From positions 89,078 through 153,077 of the forward strand of contig JBDRSV010000005.1 in the NCBI GenBank assembly GCA_043824495.1: a stretch of 64,000 bases of DNA, given 5' to 3'. The notes beneath the pieces are model-generated. The model ran no database searches. It saw only the letters and a program-made list of their open reading frames with translations, and had not been told where the DNA came from. The translations under genes were made by a program, and so were the position numbers. Shown piece after piece: positions 29,439 to 39,291 of the stretch. Numbering within the stretch: the stretch's first letter is position 1; each line of letters begins with the position of its first letter. Source of the DNA: Candidatus Aenigmatarchaeota archaeon. Its GTDB lineage: Archaea; Aenigmatarchaeota; Aenigmatarchaeia; QMZP01.

Positions 29439-29902
29439 ATAATCGTTCCTTTAGCATGTATTACTCAACCTCGTTTATAAGGAACTCCTAAAGAATAATT
29501 TTTATAAAAATATTTTTTTATTTGTCTCATGCTGGTTTTTGTCTAAATATTTTGAAAAATAGAGGTTTGTTAAGGTATTTATTTTTAACTATTATCAAAT
29601 AGTTATAACATTTCATTGAATCATACTCTCTACCAAATAAATAAAATTTACATATAACTCCAATTCAAGCACAGCTTGTTTTTGGTAACATCCTCATGGA
29701 GTCATGTGTGATATACACTTGCTAAATTGTCTCATATAAGCGAGAAAAAGCATGATGTACAGTGGTAGAGGAACGAACGTTGAAGTCTTTTTCTGAGCAC
29801 CGCTTTTAAGTCTTGGGTAGTCTTAAAATCAAGACTTTTGTTATAAACAGCTGACTTTCGAAATCTAACATAGTTTGTAAACAGGAAGCGAGGGTCTGAG
29901 TC

Positions 29903-31822
29903 ATGAGCGTTTTAGAACAGCTCCTCTTACTCATGCCAAGGGGGGAAGGGGTCTTAGAAGCAAACGCACTGGATGCTCTTTTAAACTGTCCTAAAGCATG
30001 GGCAATTTTTACCAGTGCTAAGAAGGCAGGAAGCCTTGGGGGTGAACAGCTAACTGAAATTGTAGTTGCAGTCGCGGAAAAACATAGGATTTCACCCGGT
30101 GTTCTGGAAGGAGCTTTGGATGATCTTCTTGGAATCCGTGCCTGTCTACTACACACATCAAAGCATCCGACTCTAGGGTATGTATTACCAACGGATGCTG
30201 CACTAGTAGAAGATGCTGGAGAGACAACTGGATCACTGGTTGGTGTAGATGGGTCCGACGACGAAACATTACCTATCGACTTGTTTGATGGAGTGTATAA
30301 GACTCTCCTCGCCCAGTTCGATTCGGCAGGACATCTGAAGCAATGGCTCGATGGAATCTTCAAACGAGGAGAGCACGACTATGGAAGAGTGGTCACGGTT
30401 ATGCTTGATGAGTACGGGGTCCAACTCATGGAAGCCATCAAGCAACTCGGTCACACTCTTTCAACTCGTCATGATCATTCCCTGGAGGACAATGATCCCT
30501 TGTGGGCCGGTGCTGTGGAATATTGGCTCACGAGCGATAAATATCTCGAGGGTGTTCCGCTTCCTGACGATGAAGCAGGACAGCTCAAACCTACTGTTGG
30601 ATTCAAGGGGAGTAAGATCAGACAGTTCTGCGCTCTTGATCGGTTCCCAACCAATTCTGCGGCCAAGGAGGAGTTCCTCAGACTCTTGGCCGCGTGTGGG
30701 GGAAGCCTTGAGAAGTTACGTAAGCAGCTACCCTCAGAAGTTCCTGAAGTCTTCTCTGGTGTTCCAGCATGGACAACTGTGGATGGTATGAAGAGGGGAT
30801 TCGAGAACAAGAGTGACTTCCCAGATGACGGCTCAAACGGCGGTATCGGCGGCGCAGGTAACAATCCTGGTGGAGCAGATCCTGGCGGCGATCCGGATTA
30901 CGATGCGATGTATACATCCTTCTTGACATGCTTTGCATCAGCATCTCACGCCAAGAAATCGGTGATGGATCTCCTACGGGACGAATGCGGTGGCGATGAC
31001 TTTGCAAGACTCGCTACCATACTCTACGAACGATTTACAAATTCAAGAAAGAAACCGTTCGGAGATAGTCTTCTACCACCAGATGTCATGCAGGACTGGG
31101 TGGAGAACAAGGAGAAGCTCGCCGGCGTTGAAGATCTCGATGACGACGGAGCTGGCGACAAGAAGAACGGTGGTGATTCTGCTGATGAACTCTCGGATGA
31201 GGATGTGTTCCCACCTCACGATCCTGAGACATTCGACCGTGACGAACTTACTTATCCCGAGAAAGCTATGTGGAGATTCATATGCCACTGTGGCGGACCT
31301 AAGAGAGCGCATCATATTCTCTTTGACTTAGTTTCCGAACATGGTGGAAATTGGGACTCTGTTTTGAAAGCTCTCAGGGAGTCTAGACCGAGTGTCTTCA
31401 GGGCGCTACGTAACCAAGGAAGCACAATTACTGGACAACATCTTATAGTCTGGGATCAGAAAATACAGAATAATAATCCAGATGAGATGCCACCAGAGTA
31501 CCACAATCTATCCGACATACATCAGCTACTGTCTACAGTGACTGTGAATAAGTTGGATGATATTCTCAATACAGAAGACATCGATGGTGTTCAGTTCTTG
31601 AGAAAACTCACTGACGAAATCACATCAATTGAAGTTCAACTGGAGGACGATTTTCAGAACGTTTCAGATGCCTTCGATTTCCTCGAAGGTCCTGAGGAAG
31701 ATGGTGCCGAAAAACAACCAGATGAAGCTGCTGCGGAGAAACTTGGTGTAAAACTTCGGATGTATCTGGAATGTAAGAAGATTATCATCAGTGAATCAAA
31801 ACCATTGGATCATGTTGTATAA
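29903..31822 (+). CDS. Hypothetical 639-aa protein with repeated helical module (island 2)
   Basis: Recurring xxCGG..L..L....P.VF units separated by acidic/Gly linkers. Confidence 0.75.
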   Translation: MSVLEQLLLLMPRGEGVLEANALDALLNCPKAWAIFTSAKKAGSLGGEQLTEIVVAVAEKHRISPGVLEGALDDLLGIRACLLHTSKHPTLGYVLPTDAALVEDAGETTGSLVGVDGSDDETLPIDLFDGVYKTLLAQFDSAGHLKQWLDGIFKRGEHDYGRVVTVMLDEYGVQLMEAIKQLGHTLSTRHDHSLEDNDPLWAGAVEYWLTSDKYLEGVPLPDDEAGQLKPTVGFKGSKIRQFCALDRFPTNSAAKEEFLRLLAACGGSLEKLRKQLPSEVPEVFSGVPAWTTVDGMKRGFENKSDFPDDGSNGGIGGAGNNPGGADPGGDPDYDAMYTSFLTCFASASHAKKSVMDLLRDECGGDDFARLATILYERFTNSRKKPFGDSLLPPDVMQDWVENKEKLAGVEDLDDDGAGDKKNGGDSADELSDEDVFPPHDPETFDRDELTYPEKAMWRFICHCGGPKRAHHILFDLVSEHGGNWDSVLKALRESRPSVFRALRNQGSTITGQHLIVWDQKIQNNNPDEMPPEYHNLSDIHQLLSTVTVNKLDDILNTEDIDGVQFLRKLTDEITSIEVQLEDDFQNVSDAFDFLEGPEEDGAEKQPDEAAAEKLGVKLRMYLECKKIIISESKPLDHVV

Positions 31823-31867
31823 CATTCACAGTCTTTCTTCAAAGGAAGACAAGAAGAGGAGGAGAGC

Positions 31868-32623
31868 ATGCCTACGATGCTCGAATTTTCAACCGTCGCG
31901 CATGTGATTAGTGCCCTTGTGACAAGTCCGCATGTGTCACCCATGGGAGCTGATCAAACACTCGAATGTGCATTTGAACTCGACAACGAAGGAGAAGTCT
32001 ACACATTTCTCAAAACTCTGCAAGGTCTGCAGGACGGTGACATCACCGAAGAATCACTCGGTGACGGTGCCGTCGAAACACTGATGAGCATCACCACTCA
32101 GGGTACCTGCGAAAAATGCGGAGATTGCGAGTGTACGATTGGCCTGGAGCCGAATAACCTCATGGCCATGGTCCGGCTCATCCGGGGCTTCTGCCAGCGG
32201 CACAATATCAAGTTCAACGGTCGCGAGGTTCCGCGCTGGTCAGGCACCGAGATTTCGGAAGAGATGCCGGCAGCAACTGCCGTAGACATGACCGATGACA
32301 CGCCGACCGACGGCGGCATTCCGGAAACACCACCGGAGGAATTCACGTCGCTCTTCAGATTCCGTTCCGACAGTCCCCTGGGACCCTATAACACCGCACT
32401 CGAAAACGAAGGCGGAGTTGTGTGGTGGCTCTACAAGCTTTCCAGGACGCCCGGATGGACCGAGCTGGATTGGATGGACGTCGCGAAGAAGCTGAAGGAG
32501 AAGACCGCTCTCACAACATTGAGTCTCAAGGACCTGGCCGTCGCACTGGAAAAGAAGTGGTCCATCGGCAACTCGTCGGCGAAAGTGAAACTCGCAAGCA
32601 CCCGCTTCGAGTGGAATGCATAG
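31868..32623 (+). CDS. Hypothetical protein (island 2)
   Basis: GAGGAGGAG RBS; CEKCGDCEC cluster; C-terminal EGGVVWWL..WMDVAKKL module. Confidence 0.7.
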   Translation: MPTMLEFSTVAHVISALVTSPHVSPMGADQTLECAFELDNEGEVYTFLKTLQGLQDGDITEESLGDGAVETLMSITTQGTCEKCGDCECTIGLEPNNLMAMVRLIRGFCQRHNIKFNGREVPRWSGTEISEEMPAATAVDMTDDTPTDGGIPETPPEEFTSLFRFRSDSPLGPYNTALENEGGVVWWLYKLSRTPGWTELDWMDVAKKLKEKTALTTLSLKDLAVALEKKWSIGNSSAKVKLASTRFEWNA

Positions 32624-32678
32624 TCGACGCCTGAAGTACTAGACAACTTGCGCTGACAAAGATGGTTGTTCGTTCACT

Positions 32679-32708
32679 CAGAGGCGGGTGTATATCCGCC
32701 CGCCTCTG
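32679..32708 (+). terminator. GC-rich intergenic hairpin
   Basis: CAGAGGCGGG/CCCGCCTCTG 10-bp stem; the loop contains TATATCC. Confidence 0.6.
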
Positions 32709-32735
32709 CATATTACTAACCCTTAAGGAGGGTAT

Positions 32736-33413
32736 ATGAGAGCTATAGAAAAATTGCTTGCCCTTCTTGCGGGCTTGTACACAAACAGAACTGAAGGCGC
32801 CGGAGATTTTTTTTTGGACAATCTCTGGATCGGTGAGCTTCTCACTAAAGCCAAAAAATCTGGAGAACTGATCCCTGATGATCTGAAGGAAATCTTTTTG
32901 AGGGCTTCGAAGGAGAGAGGTATAGCTCCTGAAGTTCTTGAAGAAGCGTTCGCAGATCTTATTGGGATCCTACAGTGTTTACTTCATCTTTCTGAACACG
33001 AGACATACGGATTTGTCTTGGAGACTCTCGAAGAAGAGCCTCTTTTTCTTCTTGTTCCTGCGACTCTGACAGATGATGAAAGAAAAGAAGAGCCGGTTTT
33101 TATTGCTGTTCCTCTGCCTCCAGCATCGAAGACCAAAAAGAAGCGACCAAAACCACAGACAGAAGCAGAAGTAAAGGCAGTCTTCGTTGAAATACATGAG
33201 ATTGATGGTTCTGGTGGAGTTGAAAGAGCTTTACGTGCCATGACAAGGACCATATCAATCTCCAACGACGGAAATAGTGGTAAGATCAGTTGGTCGAAGG
33301 TTGTTACTCTGCTCATGAAATTTTATCCTGACATCTTCTGGCAAGAACCTAGCGAAGAATTTATCAAAGCAATGATAGTCGACTTCTTGGATAGGTGGAA
33401 AGAACTGGTATAG
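32736..33413 (+). CDS. Hypothetical protein, paralog of the 29903 N-terminus (island 2)
   Basis: AAGGAGG RBS; AKKSG..GIAPEVLEEAFADLIGILQCLLHLSEHETYGFVL versus AKKAG..RISPGVLEGALDDLLGIRACLLHTSKHPTLGYVL. Confidence 0.75.
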   Translation: MRAIEKLLALLAGLYTNRTEGAGDFFLDNLWIGELLTKAKKSGELIPDDLKEIFLRASKERGIAPEVLEEAFADLIGILQCLLHLSEHETYGFVLETLEEEPLFLLVPATLTDDERKEEPVFIAVPLPPASKTKKKRPKPQTEAEVKAVFVEIHEIDGSGGVERALRAMTRTISISNDGNSGKISWSKVVTLLMKFYPDIFWQEPSEEFIKAMIVDFLDRWKELV

Positions 33414-33467
33414 GCAATCGGGGGGAAAGTTCTCGATTGCTTTATAATGTCTAATTAAAGGGATATA
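33414..33467 (+). repeat. Island border copy 2: hairpin plus TTATAATGTCTAATTAAAGGGATATA (33442-33467)
   Basis: GCAATCG/CGATTGC stem; 25/26 to copy 1. Confidence 0.92.
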
Positions 33468-33510
33468 AAGGACCAGAAAACCATTTAAGTTTTCTCTACA
33501 TATATGTACT

Positions 33511-34134
33511 ATGGCAATGGAGAGAGTTACCACAAGAAAAACAAGAATTGCTGATATTACAGCAGGTCAGTGGGTTAAGAAAGAGGGATTTGAGCCTAGT
33601 TTCATAATAACAAAAGAAGGTCATAAGATATCAAGAGCTAGGATACTTGCAACTATAGTTTCTAAATTTACAGCAGAAGATGGAAACTTTGGTTCTATTA
33701 CTTTGGATGATACTACTGATACCATTAGGGCAAAGACGTTCAAGACTGTCAAGCCTCTGGAGGGCTTAGATATAGGCACATTAGTTGATGTTATAGGAAA
33801 GATAAAGGAATACAATGGCGAAATCTACGTCATACCTGAGATTATCAGGAAGATAGATGACCCCAACTTCCTGACACTGAGAATTCTAGAAACCAAATCA
33901 AATAGATCTGAATCTACAGAAGAAAAAGAAGAATCAGTTGTTGATCCAGAAGAAAAGAACGATCTAAGAATGGACATTATTAAGATAATAGAAAATTCTA
34001 AAGATGGGGCTACATTCAAAGATATAATAAAGAATGTGAAAGCAGAAGAGTCTCAAATAGAATCTGTAATAAATGAGCTTCTCTCAGAAGGTGTTTGTTA
34101 CGAACCTACACCAGGTAAGATAAAGAAGATTTAA
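33511..34134 (+). CDS. RPA32-like OB-fold ssDNA-binding protein with C-terminal winged helix
   Basis: SRARILATIV, ITLDDTTDTIRAKTF, VDVIGKIKEYNGEIYVIPE, LLSEGVCYEPTPG. Confidence 0.88.
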   Translation: MAMERVTTRKTRIADITAGQWVKKEGFEPSFIITKEGHKISRARILATIVSKFTAEDGNFGSITLDDTTDTIRAKTFKTVKPLEGLDIGTLVDVIGKIKEYNGEIYVIPEIIRKIDDPNFLTLRILETKSNRSESTEEKEESVVDPEEKNDLRMDIIKIIENSKDGATFKDIIKNVKAEESQIESVINELLSEGVCYEPTPGKIKKI

Positions 34135-34145
34135 TTTTAAATTGA

Positions 34146-37100
34146 TTAAATTGGAAACAAGTTACCTTCACATATCCAACCGCCACCAAAGTAACCTGAA
34201 TCAGCTTGATATTGGAATTCATAGAACCAACATTCTTGACCACCATAGTGTCCCAGAACAGGTCCGCCAGTTATATCTACTCTTCTGCTTGTACTGGCGA
34301 ATGAATTAGCAGAATCTCCTTGTGGTGGGTTTTTGAATAGAGGTGCTGTTGAAGTTGTTTTTGCTTTATTCTTTAATGGATCATCAGCGTTAAATCTTGT
34401 TGATTCTACTTGTGCATATGAATAAACCTTAATTGATTGGGTTGATGTATTATACCAACTTCCATCATCTACTATTAATTTCAATGTGTATTGATTTGGT
34501 CCGGGATTTGTTTCTCCTGATAATCCAGTGTAATCAGGTTCGCCATATGCATGAGATATTGTATGTATTTGTCCACTTGATAGTCCACTACTTCTACTTA
34601 CAGTATCAGCGCTGTTATCTCCCCAAACAACTCTGTACCATATATTCTTGCTTTCAGGATCTTTTATTCTAGCTTTCCATGTTGCAGATACAAGGTTAGT
34701 TCTAGGATTAACAACTTCTCCATTAAGAGGACTTTCTACCCATTCAATTGTAGGTGGGGTAATACTTGCTGGATTGTATAAATCCTTCTCATCTTTTTGT
34801 CCTTTAGTGTCTTCTATAACTAGATGAGGATTCCAGTTTCCTACTTCCTGATAAGTATGACTTGGTATCCAAATTACATCAGCTTGTCCTTGAGTGTATA
34901 TTGTGTTTGCTGTTCCATCATTCCAACTTACTGTGAATTTCAAAGGACCAGGTGCTCCACCTGTAGCTTTTACATACCATTCAGTTGGCTTTTCATCTAT
35001 TACTCTATGAACCCTGAAGTCTATGATCCTCAATTGTTCATAAAGAGAATTTATCCCAAGTCTCTTTTCTGCTGTTTCTCCTAATTCATTTGTTGCTGTA
35101 AGCGTGATTTCTTTTATACCATCAGTATCATAGGTGTGTTCTACTGCCTTCTCTAAGTGGCAGAAAGTATCATCAGCTATTGTTTCTGATTGGGTGCCTG
35201 CTTCCCATGTAATTTTGTATGTGATAGTACCTCCATCATATGAGAGACATTCTGGAACATTTGTTTGAATAGACCATGTATATGGTTTACCTACGTAAAC
35301 ACTCGTAGGATTTAGTAAACTTTCTGGATGTATAGCTAAAGGTGGTTGTTTAGGTGCTGTTTCCAGTGCTAAAGGACTCTCATGAACCCATCCATCTATA
35401 CCGTCGTCAAAGTTGACATTCCACAACCATCCTGGTGATAATGTGGTTATACTTCTTGGGAAGTATAATGGATCTCCTGTTATTACACCTCTATCATTTC
35501 TTACATGACTACCAACTTTAACTGGATCTGATCCGTCTGATGGAATACTGTTGAATACACCAGCAGTATCGCTATCGATTGTAATTCTAACATCTTTAGC
35601 GAACGATGCATCCCACTTAGGGAGAATTGTGAATTTATTGCTTTCCCCTTTGTATGTTGAACTAGATGATGTTATTTTAATCTGGTTTCCACCGCCAGAA
35701 ACTAGCCAATTGAAATTGCCTCCACCATAACTTGGATGACCTTCGCTTAATAAATTGCTACTAGTTACTACATTATCAGAATTTTTACTAATCAAGCGGA
35801 TCCAAATCTTGTCAACTTCTGTAGGGGCTGTCCACTGAATTGAGAAAAGATCTCCTATATATAATACTTCGCCTCCTTCAGGTTTTATGACTTGTATATC
35901 TGCCGATGGTTCAGGATCGTCTGGCTGGTTTGGCATTGTCAGAGTAACTTGTGTGTGTCTACCTAAACTAACAGATTCTTTACCGTCTGTGACTGTTAAC
36001 ACGACATTGCGATCATTTATACTCTCTGGGCTGTAGAAACCATACTCATGTTGGACTGTTTTAGGTACATTACTCTGAACAAAATAAAATACTTCAGGAT
36101 CTTTACTTGGTTCATCCCAATCTATTGATGCTGTTAAATCTTCGTTATCTTCATCGCTTACAATAAAGGTCCATGTACCTTTACCAGAATCTATGTAGGC
36201 ATCTACAGTTGCAGGGCCGGTGAAACTAACTATCTTAGGTGCATTGTTTGCATTTGGGTCTGGTATATTACATGTAGGAGCAGATGTTCTACCGTAAAAG
36301 TAATCAATTAGGATGTATAGATCATCAAATGTTATGGCATCGTCTCCATTCAAATCACCAACAGCTTTATCTATGACTCCTGTGTTCTCGATTAGTTTTG
36401 ATGTCAAAAATCCTATATCAATCATATCAATTTTTGTGTTCTTGTTTATGTTACCACATGTAAATTGATCTACATTTTTTGTTGTTGAACCACATGATAA
36501 TGTTTGACATATACCACCTGTGCATGTTGGAGCAGCGCCGCCATTGACGCTGATTATCAAAGGCTTTAGATCAAATGGTGTTACAAAACCATCACCATCT
36601 GCATCTCCATTACCTTCTAATGTTCCAGCAGAAAATAAATAATTATTCAAGTCTCTGAGATCTTTCACATTTACTTGGCCATCACCATTTGCATCACCAC
36701 AGCTTACAACTATAGGTGGTTCGCATGTTGGTGCGTTTCCACTACCATAAACATAATCAATTAAAACAGCTAAATCCAGAGCATCTATTACATTGTCATC
36801 GTTTAGATCACCATTAGCAGTGTCTGGTGTAGCCTGATTCTGGAAATGTGTAGTCGTGTCAGAGAATGCTGCTGCAGGAGGACCTGTCCCTGGAATTTCA
36901 AGGCTACCACCAAAGAATACTGCATTACCTAATACAAAAACATCAAGATTGTCTATATCTAAATCTGCGTCCATGTTACCACATGCATTCTTTTCAGCTG
37001 TGTGATTCTTTTCACATTCACCATTTTCACATATTTCAGTACCTTCGGTACATGTTGGTGCATACCCTTCAGTATATGTATTGTAAATAAGGACACTAAG

Positions 37101-38315
37101 ATCCAGTAATGTGACTTCCCCATCTCCATCCAAATCAATTATTGCACCTCCTGATGCTTCATCCTTGAAAATAATTCCAGCCAACATATCTACATCGTCT
37201 TTGTCTCTCTTGTTATCTTCATTTACATCACCACAACTAACTGTTGGATCTGCTGGTTCATCACCACAATATATAGGATAATCATCAGGATTTCCTAGAT
37301 GACCAGAAAGAAGATTTCCGTCGTCGTTGTTAAGTAAACTATCTCCATTAATATCAGTGATATCTGTTGGAGGCTGGTTTAGACGAATTAGTTGCCATAA
37401 ACTTGTTATGTCGCTTACATCTATATTTCCATTACCATTCAAATCACCACACATTGCTTCTGAACAAGCAGAATTTGTGGTGCAAGCATCATCATCACAA
37501 TCAACTAAAGAATCACAATCATTATCTTTATCGTCGTTACAAACTTCTGCAACGGGTTTAACTGTATTTTCTGTGTCTTCACACTCTCCCCATTCACCAT
37601 CAACACAGAATTTGATTCCTGGTTTACATAGTCCTACATTGGATCCACATGGCGAGTTGGCACCCTCGGAGCATAAGAACCCCTCGTCTACTTCTCCATC
37701 ACAATCATTATCTTCTCCGTCATTGTAAATAGGATCAGATAATTCATCTTCTGTTTCAGGTCCTACATAACCTGTACAATCGCTCCATACACCATCTTCA
37801 CATAATTGTTCTCCAAATTCGCAGACTCCTTCTTCAGTTGGACCGCATGGGATTGGAGCAGAACCTTCTGTACACTCAGATCCAGGAAGTTCTGTTACTG
37901 AGACACTAGCATCTATTATAAATGGTCTGCATAAAACATCACTCTTAACTAGTGTATGTAATGGTACTTTCTTAACTGTCCATGCGACAAGATTTTCAGT
38001 AGCTCCTTCAGCTTTTACTACAAACTTATATGCTGAATCAACGTCTATACTAGAATTTTCACAATCATTTCTTATCTTATCTAATATGCCGTTTGCTAGA
38101 TTTAATTGATTATAAATTGTGAGATTAATAATAGAATTTGGATAAGTATTAATGTAAAGCCTGAACTCAGGGCTTGCTTCTTTTAATGAATCTATAACAA
38201 GATCCCCTACTTGTGAAATCGGTATTTCAGAACTAGGTGAATCACTGGTACATCCAGAAACAAGTATTACGAATATAGGAAGTATTATTATCAATTTTGC
38301 TAGCCCAGTGCTCAT
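34146..38315 (-). CDS. Large surface protein: lipoprotein-like signal, Cys-rich repeats, five type I dockerin domains, PKD-like domains
   Basis: LVSGC; DNDCDG repeats; five paired EF-hand-like CG[DN]xNxD..D / DxNGD..D modules, four ending APTC; WDE/WND/WGD PKD-like units. Confidence 0.85.
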   Translation of the reverse strand: MSTGLAKLIIILPIFVILVSGCTSDSPSSEIPISQVGDLVIDSLKEASPEFRLYINTYPNSIINLTIYNQLNLANGILDKIRNDCENSSIDVDSAYKFVVKAEGATENLVAWTVKKVPLHTLVKSDVLCRPFIIDASVSVTELPGSECTEGSAPIPCGPTEEGVCEFGEQLCEDGVWSDCTGYVGPETEDELSDPIYNDGEDNDCDGEVDEGFLCSEGANSPCGSNVGLCKPGIKFCVDGEWGECEDTENTVKPVAEVCNDDKDNDCDSLVDCDDDACTTNSACSEAMCGDLNGNGNIDVSDITSLWQLIRLNQPPTDITDINGDSLLNNDDGNLLSGHLGNPDDYPIYCGDEPADPTVSCGDVNEDNKRDKDDVDMLAGIIFKDEASGGAIIDLDGDGEVTLLDLSVLIYNTYTEGYAPTCTEGTEICENGECEKNHTAEKNACGNMDADLDIDNLDVFVLGNAVFFGGSLEIPGTGPPAAAFSDTTTHFQNQATPDTANGDLNDDNVIDALDLAVLIDYVYGSGNAPTCEPPIVVSCGDANGDGQVNVKDLRDLNNYLFSAGTLEGNGDADGDGFVTPFDLKPLIISVNGGAAPTCTGGICQTLSCGSTTKNVDQFTCGNINKNTKIDMIDIGFLTSKLIENTGVIDKAVGDLNGDDAITFDDLYILIDYFYGRTSAPTCNIPDPNANNAPKIVSFTGPATVDAYIDSGKGTWTFIVSDEDNEDLTASIDWDEPSKDPEVFYFVQSNVPKTVQHEYGFYSPESINDRNVVLTVTDGKESVSLGRHTQVTLTMPNQPDDPEPSADIQVIKPEGGEVLYIGDLFSIQWTAPTEVDKIWIRLISKNSDNVVTSSNLLSEGHPSYGGGNFNWLVSGGGNQIKITSSSSTYKGESNKFTILPKWDASFAKDVRITIDSDTAGVFNSIPSDGSDPVKVGSHVRNDRGVITGDPLYFPRSITTLSPGWLWNVNFDDGIDGWVHESPLALETAPKQPPLAIHPESLLNPTSVYVGKPYTWSIQTNVPECLSYDGGTITYKITWEAGTQSETIADDTFCHLEKAVEHTYDTDGIKEITLTATNELGETAEKRLGINSLYEQLRIIDFRVHRVIDEKPTEWYVKATGGAPGPLKFTVSWNDGTANTIYTQGQADVIWIPSHTYQEVGNWNPHLVIEDTKGQKDEKDLYNPASITPPTIEWVESPLNGEVVNPRTNLVSATWKARIKDPESKNIWYRVVWGDNSADTVSRSSGLSSGQIHTISHAYGEPDYTGLSGETNPGPNQYTLKLIVDDGSWYNTSTQSIKVYSYAQVESTRFNADDPLKNKAKTTSTAPLFKNPPQGDSANSFASTSRRVDITGGPVLGHYGGQECWFYEFQYQADSGYFGGGWICEGNLFPI

Positions 38316-38363
38316 ATAATAATATAGTATTTAACAATATTTATAGTTGTTTTTAATTTAATA

Positions 38364-38723
38364 TTAAACTTCTAATGTTTTTTCTTTAACACAAAGAAAA
38401 CTACTTATAGAAGGATCAATCCAGCCAACTAAATAATCTTTTGTTTCTTCGGCTTTTACTGTGACCCTATACAATTTTTTAACTTCTATGTTTGGATTAT
38501 TACAGTCGGTTCTAACATCTTCTATTAAGTCTGACATTTGTTCTTCTGTGAATAGTTTCAAAGAAATTTCAGCTGTCGGGTGATCTGTTAAATAACTATT
38601 AATTTCTGTGTTCAAAGTAAGTAAGTCTTGAGGATTTAGATCTAAATCTTCTATGTTTGTGCATCCAGAAATTAAGATAATTAGTAAAGGTAGTAGAATG
38701 ATAGATTTTATCAACTTTGTCAT
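38364..38723 (-). CDS. Small lipoprotein, paralog of the dockerin protein N-terminal domain
   Basis: LISGC; VRTDCNNPNIEVKKLYRVTVKAE..LVGW versus IRNDCENSSIDVDSAYKFVVKAE..LVAW. Confidence 0.7.
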   Translation of the reverse strand: MTKLIKSIILLPLLIILISGCTNIEDLDLNPQDLLTLNTEINSYLTDHPTAEISLKLFTEEQMSDLIEDVRTDCNNPNIEVKKLYRVTVKAEETKDYLVGWIDPSISSFLCVKEKTLEV

Positions 38724-39291
38724 ATTATTATATACACGCTGAATATATTAGTCTTTTTTGGACAATTTGGGGGTACCATTAAGTATTTAAATTATAGTAT
38801 TATTATGTAACTATCTAATAGTGACAATACAATATATCACCTATCATTTTCCACGTTCAACAAATTCAAATTTCCTAATTCGGTTTTCAGAATTGAATTA
38901 GAGAATCTTAATAGATGCACAGGTTTAACCTTCCTCAAAAGCGGACCAAAAATTCGCTAAATCCTCGAATTTTGGGGATTTCAGAGGTAATGGTTTAGAT
39001 AGCTGTCGCTCTAACTATTTCTGAATTTGAGCGTGACTTATGTTGGTTTTCAGCTTGTCTGGAGACTGACTTTTCCCGTAAACTCTGACTTTTGTCAGAA
39101 CTGTCTAGAACTTCATGCAACACCCCTTCGTTCTAAGTCCCAATTTTCACGTCTTGTGGTAAAGCACAAATTATTTCTTCGTGTTGTAATGAGACCGTAA
39201 GGGCTCCCAATTCTTGCGGTCTTAATTTGAGAAAAAATAAATGAATGATAATCTCCAAACAATGTCTCGTTGAGACAGGAGGATGTAACCG

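Larger units (their letters stand above)
29600..33467 (+). mobile_element. Higher-GC island 2 (three mutually related hypothetical proteins) ending in the border motif
   Basis: Spot GC 38/60 at 32221-32280; all +; AGGAGG RBSs; left edge approximate. Confidence 0.7.
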
